A DNA stretch of 26,457 nucleotides from a virus (lineage: Duplodnaviria; Caudoviricetes), in IMG/VR virus record IMGVR_UViG_3300009507_000100, positions 1-26,457 of that record. One strand, 5' to 3'. Each line of letters opens with the position of its first letter. The stretch's first letter is position 1. Below, in pieces: positions 19,597-26,457 of the stretch. Below the pieces are notes generated by a model, which saw nothing but the letters and a program-made list of their open reading frames with translations, did not search any database and was not told the DNA's origin. Position numbers and translations under genes: made by a program.

Positions 19597-21651
19597 ATGC
19601 CATATACAATAAACTACACTGACACTGTTAATAAAGGATCTATTACTGTTGTTGATAATGTTACCAACGAAGAAACTACATTAAAATTTCCAGGCCGCGG
19701 CGAAACAGGATACGGTTCTGCTGTAAATACTAATTTCTTACATCTATTAGAAAACTTTGCAAACACAACATCACCAGTACGTCCAGTCGAAGGACAACTT
19801 TGGTATGATAGCACACAGGGTGTTGATCAACTTAAAGTGTATGACGGTACAAATTGGGTTGCCAGCGGCGGACTTAAAAAAGCCAGCGCAGCACCAGCAG
19901 TTGCAAACTCTAGTGCAGGCGACTTGTGGGTTAACACAGAAAGCCAACAGCTATATTTGTTTACAGGCAGCGCATGGGTACTAGTTGGACCGGACTTTAG
20001 TGACGGACTACTAACAGGCGCACAATCGCAAGCAATTGTAGGCACAGATGATGTAACATACAACGTTCTTGCAATCAAAGTCGAAGACCAGCCTGTAATT
20101 ATTATTAGTAGTCAATCATTCATTCCAAAAATCTCGATTAAAGGATTTAGAACAGGCATTAATCCTGGTATGAATATTGCAGATGAAGCAATTGTTGGAT
20201 TACAGGCACTAAAGTATTTTGGAACAGCAGAAAAAGCAGAAGCACTAGTTGTTGGTAATACAGTAATTCCTGCAAGTAATTTCCTAAGAGGTAATGCTGC
20301 AAGTAGCACAGATTTTCAACTAAGTGTTAAAAGCAATGACGGTATTAAAATTGGTACAGGCGGACAGTTAAGTTTAGGAATTGATGGCGAAACCGGAGTT
20401 ATACAACATAACACAAGCGGATCGAGTATTGACGTTAAAATGCGTAACGGAAACTTAACACCAACAGTTATGAGTATTAATAGTGACGGCAATGTTGGAT
20501 TTAACAATGCTGCACCAGAACAAACAATTGATGTCCAAGGAAATATTAAAATATCACCTAAAACAGGCGAAGCAGAAACTGGTGTGTTAAATGTTACAAG
20601 TACTATAAATTCTTCGTCAATTGGCACAGGAAGTATTACTACAACAGGCGGAATTGGAATTTCATTAGATGCATATATTGGCGGCGATGTTGTTATAGCT
20701 GGCATACTACAAACAGGAAATATTATACCTGACGGTAATAGTATACGAAATATCGGTACACCAATTAACAAATACGAACAAATACATGCTACTACATTCT
20801 TTGGAAATATACAAGGTAACGTAAGTGGTACAGTTAGTGGACGAGCAGGTAGTGCTGATAGACTAGCAAGTGCTACTACTTTTGCACTGAGCGGCGATGT
20901 TGAACCAAATAGTTTTGAATTTGACGGACAAACAGGCGGCAGCACTAAGACATTCTCAGTAAGTATTGCTAATAGTTTTATTAGTAACAAAGAAGTTACT
21001 TATGATGCAGAAAACGCAGATGAATTATTATTAAATGTAACAACTGGCACTACTGGTGTAAAGAGAATTACAAAGCGTAACTTCTTAAAGACAATACCGC
21101 TAGTACCAGCAGGCGCAATGATGCCATTTGGTGGACAAGAAGCTCCAGAAGGATGGTTATTATGTGATGGTCAAGAAATTAATAAATCTGATTACAATGC
21201 ATTATGGGCTGCTATTCAGCATAACTTCAAAGATGCTAGTTTAGTTAGTGATAACGGCGTTGCTAAATTTACATTACCAGACTTTAGAGGCAGATTTGCA
21301 TTAGGTCTTGATAATATGGGCGGCCCAAGCGCAAACAGAGTTACAAATCTTGCAGCGGACGCAATCGGCGGCAACGCTGGATCAGAGACAAACGTAATTG
21401 CAACTGACAATTTACCAGAACACGAGCATGATTTAGAAGGCGCTAGCGGAACACAATTTTATGGTGTTAGAGTTGGAGCAGGCGAACCTGTTGATGATAA
21501 TGCAATTACATTGCCTATTGAGCCAGGATTAGGCGGAACACAAGGAATTGCATCGAGCGGCGGCATCAAAACAGATGCAACATTAGGCGCACCAATCGAT
21601 GTTATGAATCCTTTCTTAGCAGTCAACTATATTATCTACACTGGAGAGTAA
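19597..21651 (+). CDS. Tail fibre protein with C-terminal phage tail-collar domain and HxH tip (gp12/short-fibre-like)
   Basis: AAGGAG RBS. Collar motif VPAGAMMPFGGQEAPEGWLLCDG...FTLPDFRGRFALG (21103-21306), then GGNAGSE...NLPEHEH...MNPFLAVNYII. The N-terminus is shared with the next two genes. Confidence 0.85.
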   Translation: MPYTINYTDTVNKGSITVVDNVTNEETTLKFPGRGETGYGSAVNTNFLHLLENFANTTSPVRPVEGQLWYDSTQGVDQLKVYDGTNWVASGGLKKASAAPAVANSSAGDLWVNTESQQLYLFTGSAWVLVGPDFSDGLLTGAQSQAIVGTDDVTYNVLAIKVEDQPVIIISSQSFIPKISIKGFRTGINPGMNIADEAIVGLQALKYFGTAEKAEALVVGNTVIPASNFLRGNAASSTDFQLSVKSNDGIKIGTGGQLSLGIDGETGVIQHNTSGSSIDVKMRNGNLTPTVMSINSDGNVGFNNAAPEQTIDVQGNIKISPKTGEAETGVLNVTSTINSSSIGTGSITTTGGIGISLDAYIGGDVVIAGILQTGNIIPDGNSIRNIGTPINKYEQIHATTFFGNIQGNVSGTVSGRAGSADRLASATTFALSGDVEPNSFEFDGQTGGSTKTFSVSIANSFISNKEVTYDAENADELLLNVTTGTTGVKRITKRNFLKTIPLVPAGAMMPFGGQEAPEGWLLCDGQEINKSDYNALWAAIQHNFKDASLVSDNGVAKFTLPDFRGRFALGLDNMGGPSANRVTNLAADAIGGNAGSETNVIATDNLPEHEHDLEGASGTQFYGVRVGAGEPVDDNAITLPIEPGLGGTQGIASSGGIKTDATLGAPIDVMNPFLAVNYIIYTGE
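21643..21646 (+). promoter_or_regulatory. Shine-Dalgarno GGAG for 21653
   Basis: actGGAGagTAAcATG; embedded in the terminal Gly-Glu codons of the upstream fibre. Confidence 0.6.
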
Positions 21652-21652
21652 C

Positions 21653-23560
21653 ATGAGTTATCAACTAAACAAAACAGACGGAACATTGCTACTAGATTTA
21701 ATTGATGGTCAAATTGATACTGCTAGTACAAACCTTACATTAGTTGGTAGAAACTACAGTGGTTACGGTGAATACTTTAACGAAAACTTTATAAAATTAT
21801 TAGAAAATTTTTCAAATACAGCAGCTCCAAGTAATCCACTAACTGGGCAGCTATGGTGGGATAGTACCGATCAAAGATTGCAAGTATATAACGGCACAGT
21901 GTGGAAATCAAGTGGAGGTCCAATAGTTGCAAATACTCGTCCTCAAATGGTTGCAGGAGATTTATGGATTGATAATCTAAACAATCAAGTTTATGCATTT
22001 GATGGGACCGATCTAATGCTAATGGGTCCACAATATACAGAGTCCCAGGGTAAAAGTGGATTTGAAATAGGTAGTATACTTGATCAACAAAGTCGTTCAC
22101 GTACTGTGACAAATTTATATGTAGGCGGCACACTTTCAGCTGTAATTAGTGCAATTGAATTTACTCCAATTTATGCACAGCGTATTTTAGGATTAGTTAC
22201 AGCATCAAATCCAGACGGCATCATTCGTGTAGGATACAACATAATTGATACTGCTAACTTTAAGTATAGAGGTATTGCAGATTCTGCAAACGCACTTGTT
22301 ACAGCAGGCGGCGTAGTTAGAACTGCTGACAGTTTCCTTCCATCAACAGCAAGCGGTATTACAACTGGCACATTAACAATTCAAAACTCAGGTGGTTTAA
22401 CAATTGGATTATCACAAAACAATGTACAAAAAGTTGTTGGTCCACGCTTTTATATTGAAAATCAACTTACAGATCACGATTTAAGTTTAAGAGTTAAATC
22501 GAGTGCTTTTGGAGCTATTTCAGTAGATGCAATTTATGTGGATGCAAGTACCGCTAGAGTAGGTATTTTTACAACCAACAGACTTCCAGAATACACATTA
22601 GATGTAGAAGGTGATTTAAGAGTTACCGGAGACTTAGTTGTCGAAGGCTCAAGAGTTGCATTAGATGTGCAAACTCTAAGAGTTCAAGATAAGATTATAG
22701 AAATCGGCGTACTAAACGATAGTACAGAACTTACAGATGCACAAGCAGACGAATCAGGCATTAGTGTTAATAGTAGTAATGGCAGTAAAGACCTAATTTG
22801 GAAAAATGCTACAAATTCGTTTACTTCAAATGTAAACTTTGACTTATCAAACGTTAATTTAACTTATAAAATCGGAGGTGTAGATAAACTTACTAATGAT
22901 ACATTAGTTAATGTTACTAAAGCACTTGATTTAGACAGAATTGGTACGCTTACACAACTTCAGGTTGATGAAATTGCAATTAATGGTAAGACTATAACTT
23001 CGACGAATGATATGGCATTTATATCAACAAATGGCATTGCTATAACTGGTGGCGGCGACATTAATATTACTGATACGCAAAAAATTACTGGTGTTGCTAA
23101 GGCTATTAGCGCAAGAGAAGCAGCAAGATTAAGTATAACAGAATCAACAGCTGGCACTGTTGCAACTAAAGAGTATGTAGATGAAGAAATAGCTACAGAA
23201 CCATTAGCATTTAGTATGGACGTTACAGGTTTAGGTACTGGTGCAACGCTAGAAAATGCCATTGCGACATATTTAAATGACATGTATCCGTCAGCAACAC
23301 TAAACACTAATAAACTTGCACGTATACACACAACATCATATGCTGGAGCAACAGTTGAAGGCGTGGATGTAGAAAGTGCAAAAGTTGTAAGTTATATTGC
23401 AGTTGATGCAAATGGTACAGAAAATGAATCAGTAGTACAGGACATTGTTTTTGCTGCTGAAGGAGCAAGCGGTAATGTTATTCTGACTCCTGCAAGAACA
23501 CTAATGACATATAAATCAAGCGGAACAGGTTGGGCACACCAGTCAACTACAGCGTACTAA
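21653..23560 (+). CDS. Tail fibre protein, paralogue with an unassigned C-terminal tip
   Basis: GGAG RBS inside the last codons of the upstream gene. Shared N-terminal GYGEYFNENFIKLLENF...GQLWWD module. Fibre-shaft motifs GDLRVTGDLVVEG...LRVQDKIIEIG...ADESGISV and ATKEYVD. Confidence 0.75.
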   Translation: MSYQLNKTDGTLLLDLIDGQIDTASTNLTLVGRNYSGYGEYFNENFIKLLENFSNTAAPSNPLTGQLWWDSTDQRLQVYNGTVWKSSGGPIVANTRPQMVAGDLWIDNLNNQVYAFDGTDLMLMGPQYTESQGKSGFEIGSILDQQSRSRTVTNLYVGGTLSAVISAIEFTPIYAQRILGLVTASNPDGIIRVGYNIIDTANFKYRGIADSANALVTAGGVVRTADSFLPSTASGITTGTLTIQNSGGLTIGLSQNNVQKVVGPRFYIENQLTDHDLSLRVKSSAFGAISVDAIYVDASTARVGIFTTNRLPEYTLDVEGDLRVTGDLVVEGSRVALDVQTLRVQDKIIEIGVLNDSTELTDAQADESGISVNSSNGSKDLIWKNATNSFTSNVNFDLSNVNLTYKIGGVDKLTNDTLVNVTKALDLDRIGTLTQLQVDEIAINGKTITSTNDMAFISTNGIAITGGGDINITDTQKITGVAKAISAREAARLSITESTAGTVATKEYVDEEIATEPLAFSMDVTGLGTGATLENAIATYLNDMYPSATLNTNKLARIHTTSYAGATVEGVDVESAKVVSYIAVDANGTENESVVQDIVFAAEGASGNVILTPARTLMTYKSSGTGWAHQSTTAY

Positions 23561-23567
23561 GAAAAAC

Positions 23568-23575
23568 GATAAATA
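23568..23575 (+). promoter_or_regulatory. T4-type late promoter-like box GATAAATA
   Basis: Lies in the 43-nt gap before ATG 23604, upstream of the RBS AGGGG. Confidence 0.65.
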
Positions 23576-23603
23576 ATATAATAGCACTAGGGGTTACACA
23601 ATA

Positions 23604-25100
23604 ATGGCATATGCAATAGACAGATATAACAACACACTGTTAACTACAGTGGAAGATGGTACAGTTGATCAAACAACTGACCTTAAATTCATCGGTAAAA
23701 ACTACGCAGGATACGGCGAAATACAAAATGAAAACTTTTTGTTTTTGCTTGAAAACTTTAGCGGAGCAAATCAACCAGCTAGACCAATTAGCGGTCAAGT
23801 CTGGTTTGATAGTGGTACAAGTAAATTAAAATTTTATGACGGCACACAGTGGCGTACAACAGGTGGTGCCGAAATTGGAGCAACTGAACCAACTGGTTTA
23901 GCTATTGGCGACTTTTGGTGGGACAGTGGCAATGATCAATTATATGTATACAACGGTACAAGTTTTGTACTTATAGGACCTCAGAACGCAGGCGAAGGCG
24001 TAACCCAAATGACCAGCCTTGAAGTTCTTGACACCACTAGTGCAACAAGAGGATTAATTGCTGCTGTTATTGAAGACGAAACAATTTTTGTTGTAAGTCC
24101 AACGCAGTTTGATTTAAATGCAAGCCAGACAGCACTAATTTCACAAGGCTATGATAGAATTAACAAAGGTGTTACTCTAAGAAATACTAAACTAGCAACT
24201 GCTGGAGTTACAAGTACAACTGATAGATTCCACGGTACTGTAACAAACGCTGAAAAGCTAGGCGGCATTGCAGCAGCAAATTTTGTACAAACTGGCGGAG
24301 CAAGTACTGTATTTTTAAGTACAATCGAAGCACAAACTGATGACGGAATTTTAGTTGGCGCTTCGCAAGATTTTCAATTTAAAATTGATACAAATGGCTT
24401 CGATGGTGTAATTCAAAACATTACTAATAATGGAGATATTAAATTAAAAATTACTAGTGGTGCAGGCGTACTAACACATGTTGCTTCGGTCACTGAAACA
24501 AACAACGTCATGGGTATAACTCCCGCAGAATCTAATACATTTACGTTAGGTACTACTGATTTAAAATGGTCAACTGTATATGCAACTAATTTTGCAGGAA
24601 GAGCAGCTGAAGCAACTGCATTAATGGAAGGATCTAATCCTCGACTTGCAAATGCAAGTGCGTCAAATAATACAGTTGTGGTTAGAGACGGCACTGGCAA
24701 CGTTGCAGCAAACTTATTCCAGGGTATTGCAACACAAGCACGTTATGCTGATTTAGCAGAAAAATACACAACAGAAACAGAATTGCCAGCAGGTACAGCA
24801 GTATCAGTATGCACACATGAAGATCATGAAGTAGAACCAGCAAGTGCAAGTAATCACTGTATTGGTGTTGTTTCAACTGATCCGGCATATATGATGAACA
24901 GTGAAGCAGAAGGACAATACATCGGACTTAAAGGACGTTTACCTGTAAGAGTAAAGGGTGCAGTTAGAAAAGGCGATGTAGTTTATGCAATGGCAGATGG
25001 CGTATGTACAACTATTTCAACAACAGCAATGGTAGGAATTGCACTTGCGTCAAACGATTCAGTAGAAGAAAAATTAGTAGAATGCGTACTTAAGGTATAA
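23604..25100 (+). CDS. Tail fibre/spike protein with C-terminal peptidase-G2-like intramolecular chaperone
   Basis: AGGGG RBS. Shared N-terminal module GYGEIQNENFLFLLENF...GQVWFD. The C-terminal YADLAEKY...GT.V...IGVVSTDPAYMMN...IGLKGRLPVRVKGAVRKGD...VGIAL resembles the phi29 gp12-type autocleaving chaperone. Confidence 0.75.
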   Translation: MAYAIDRYNNTLLTTVEDGTVDQTTDLKFIGKNYAGYGEIQNENFLFLLENFSGANQPARPISGQVWFDSGTSKLKFYDGTQWRTTGGAEIGATEPTGLAIGDFWWDSGNDQLYVYNGTSFVLIGPQNAGEGVTQMTSLEVLDTTSATRGLIAAVIEDETIFVVSPTQFDLNASQTALISQGYDRINKGVTLRNTKLATAGVTSTTDRFHGTVTNAEKLGGIAAANFVQTGGASTVFLSTIEAQTDDGILVGASQDFQFKIDTNGFDGVIQNITNNGDIKLKITSGAGVLTHVASVTETNNVMGITPAESNTFTLGTTDLKWSTVYATNFAGRAAEATALMEGSNPRLANASASNNTVVVRDGTGNVAANLFQGIATQARYADLAEKYTTETELPAGTAVSVCTHEDHEVEPASASNHCIGVVSTDPAYMMNSEAEGQYIGLKGRLPVRVKGAVRKGDVVYAMADGVCTTISTTAMVGIALASNDSVEEKLVECVLKV

Positions 25101-25103
25101 AAA

Positions 25104-26027
25104 ATGGCAGATATTACAGCAGCACGAATTAATAATCTACAATCTAGTATTGCACTTATACTAGGTAACGGCTCAGGACAAAACGGCTACGGACAAACAG
25201 TTACTAGTAGTCCTGTTAACAATACCGGAGACGTTATTGAAGCTGCCGATATGAATGCTATATATACAGATATCCTTGCTGCAAGAGTGCATCAAGTAGG
25301 ACCTGGCGATATTGGTATAGCACAAGTTATACAAAACTTAAACATAGTTGCAGAAAACACTAGTAACTTTATTAATGACGCAGGAGTAATAAGTATTGAT
25401 CCAGACGGCCTCAAAAAAGGCGTTGTAGACTTTGAAACACTTATGACGCAAGTGCAAACAGATAAAGCAATAATGCATCCAAGTCAAGCAGCATTAGAGC
25501 CTGCAATATCAAGTGCTAGGTCTAGTAATTGGAATGGGTTAATTGTACATGAAGTAGCAGTTACATTCAGTTCAGCGGAAGAAAAACGATTTTTCTTTAA
25601 TACAGGCGGCGAAATTAGAGTAAGTGCAAACAACTCTGGCGCATCTACTCCAAAAGGACTTGATTGGACTCAATTGTGTTCACAAATTGGCACAATTAAG
25701 TTTGGATCAAATGCAACTGTGTCAACAGCTGGCGGCGGCACATCTATCGGTAATTATAATTTAACAAGTTCATATCAAGACATATATCAAAAAATTGGTA
25801 GTGGAACATATAGTGCTGTATATGCTGGCAACATCTATACTGTTAAAGCACGTTCAGATATTGATACTCGTATTATGTTTAGAATTGAATTTAATGATGT
25901 AGTTGTAGATAATAATGTAGATAATAATGTAGACGGTAGACTTGAAAGCACAATTCAGCATTATCGTGCAAATTCCGACGTAACAGTAGTAGCCCCGACA
26001 TATTTTAATACCACAGCACTAGCATAA
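25104..26027 (+). CDS. Putative virion structural protein (tail/baseplate-associated), paralogous to the next gene
   Basis: TAAGG upstream, 3 nt after the previous stop. Ser/Thr/Gly/Asn-rich composition. N-terminal ITAARINNL...LILG...GYGQ...D...Y.D...R.HQVG motif is shared with the downstream ORF; internal RFFFNTGGEIRVS. Confidence 0.7.
   Translation: MADITAARINNLQSSIALILGNGSGQNGYGQTVTSSPVNNTGDVIEAADMNAIYTDILAARVHQVGPGDIGIAQVIQNLNIVAENTSNFINDAGVISIDPDGLKKGVVDFETLMTQVQTDKAIMHPSQAALEPAISSARSSNWNGLIVHEVAVTFSSAEEKRFFFNTGGEIRVSANNSGASTPKGLDWTQLCSQIGTIKFGSNATVSTAGGGTSIGNYNLTSSYQDIYQKIGSGTYSAVYAGNIYTVKARSDIDTRIMFRIEFNDVVVDNNVDNNVDGRLESTIQHYRANSDVTVVAPTYFNTTALA
25905..25933 (+). repeat. In-frame 12-bp tandem repeat GTAGATAATAAT x2.4 (encodes VDNNVDNNVD)
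   Basis: Exact duplication seen at 25905-25916 and 25917-25928, plus GTAGA. Confidence 0.8.
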
Positions 26028-26056
26028 TCAAATCATTTGTGTTTGCATTATTTTTT
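26024..26056 (+). terminator. Weak, AT-rich hairpin plus T-tract; possible intrinsic terminator
   Basis: ATAAT-CAAA...TTTG-c-ATTAT imperfect stem running into TTTTTT (26051-26056), directly before the late-promoter-like box. The stem is weak. Confidence 0.25.
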
Positions 26057-26057
26057 A

Positions 26058-26065
26058 AATAAATA
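26058..26065 (+). promoter_or_regulatory. T4-type late promoter-like box AATAAATA (overlapping TAAATA twice: 26056-26061 and 26060-26065)
   Basis: Lies in the 60-nt gap before ATG 26088. Confidence 0.65.
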
Positions 26066-26087
26066 CGTTATAGCAAAGAGATGATAA

Positions 26088-26457
26088 ATGCCAACAACAA
26101 TACTAGCCAGCAGATATAACACACTTAGAAATGAAACAAATTTAATACTTGGTACTTCTGCCGCAGTAACTCCTTCTTATGGCTATGGACAAAGTTTTAG
26201 CACAAACAGTGTTGTTGGTTCTCGTGCAGCAAATGCTATTGAAAATGCTAGTAAAGTTTCAGCTCAAGATTATGAAGATCTTTATATAGACTTGATGCGT
26301 CTACGTTCGCATCAAGTTGGTACATCTGTTGCAATTGATGAATTTGTAATTGGTGATTATGAAGCTAATGCTGCTACTGCTGATAAAATTGAAGAAGCAT
26401 ATATACAAGGTTTAGAATCTTTAGCATCGTCGATTACTACTGATAGATTTATTGTTG
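26088..26457 (+). CDS. 3'-partial structural protein, paralogue of 25104..26027 (not in the supplied ORF track)
   Basis: My translation from ATG 26088 is open to the window end: MPTTILASRYNTLRNETNLILGTSAAVTPSYGYGQSFSTNSVVGSRAANAIENASKVSAQDYEDLYIDLMRLRSHQVGTSVAIDEFVIGDYEANAATADKIEEAYIQGLESLASSITTDRFIV. It is preceded by AAGAG and an ATAAATA box. Confidence 0.85.
   Translation, partial: MPTTILASRYNTLRNETNLILGTSAAVTPSYGYGQSFSTNSVVGSRAANAIENASKVSAQDYEDLYIDLMRLRSHQVGTSVAIDEFVIGDYEANAATADKIEEAYIQGLESLASSITTDRFIV

Noticed and set aside
3383-19984. Short same-strand alternative-frame ORFs (3383..3604, 13685..13927, 19757..19984)
   Set aside because: They are nested in real genes, 73-80 aa long, with no convincing RBS or motifs; ORFs like this are expected by chance.
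20316-20990. 224-aa minus-strand ORF, and the other antisense ORFs such as 15954..16490, 22960..23331 and 18651..19001
   Set aside because: They lie opposite long, motif-rich plus-strand genes and give Pro/Val/Leu/Ser-rich translations with no recognisable motif. These are typical antisense shadows of biased codon usage.
25096-25103. TATAAAAA as a fourth late promoter
   Set aside because: It mismatches the ATAAATA core shared by the other three boxes and abuts the ATG at 25104, leaving no room for a transcript leader.
25905-25933. 12-bp tandem repeat as a CRISPR-like or phase-variation element
   Set aside because: Only 2.4 units, in frame and with no spacers; it is a simple local duplication. 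No CRISPR array, tRNA or rRNA was seen in the window.
26081-26122. ATG at 26081 as the start of the last gene
   Set aside because: That frame closes after 13 codons, whereas the ATG at 26088 gives the open, paralogous frame.
2-26457. Stop-codon reassignment (all seven complete gene ends use TAA)
   Set aside because: More than 8600 sense codons of late genes read through with no in-frame TAG or TGA under the standard code, so there is no evidence of recoding. TAA preference fits the AT-rich composition.
19597-26457. Diversity-generating retroelement or invertible fibre cassette
   Set aside because: No reverse transcriptase or invertase, no near-identical template/variable repeat pair, no inverted repeats or reverse-oriented tip cassettes were seen. 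Paralogy is protein-level only. Such elements elsewhere in the genome cannot be excluded.
2-26457. Cellular contractile system (eCIS/tailocin/T6SS) rather than phage
   Set aside because: The gp6 motifs are T4-type, T4 late-promoter-like boxes are present, and there are no Afp/Tss-specific or host genes in the window. Capsid genes are not visible, so this is only disfavoured.

Overview
AT-rich, gap-free, all-plus-strand late structural operon of a large T4-related (gp6-type baseplate) myovirus, probably a jumbo phage. The host cannot be determined from this window. Gene order: (1) an enlarged gp6-like baseplate wedge protein, 5'-truncated; (2) a giant 5196-aa modular protein that I interpret as a hugely expanded gp7/P2-gpI-like wedge scaffold, carrying an FG-GAP-like propeller, about six CBM5/12-like modules, GxGY repeats, about ten small beta-sandwich repeats and several three-unit aromatic-acidic motifs; (3) a 200-aa fibre-attachment-like protein; (4-6) three paralogous tail fibres with a shared ~290-aa N-terminus and three different C-terminal tips (collar/HxH tip, unknown tip, peptidase-G2-like chaperone); (7-8) a second paralogous pair, the last member running off the window and missing from the ORF track. 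T4-late-promoter-like ATAAATA boxes sit in the three widest intergenic gaps. The most interesting inference is a multi-socket adsorption apparatus: one giant scaffold with several pseudo-threefold docking peptides and a family of interchangeable trimeric fibres. All domain calls are by-eye motif recognition; no searches were run.
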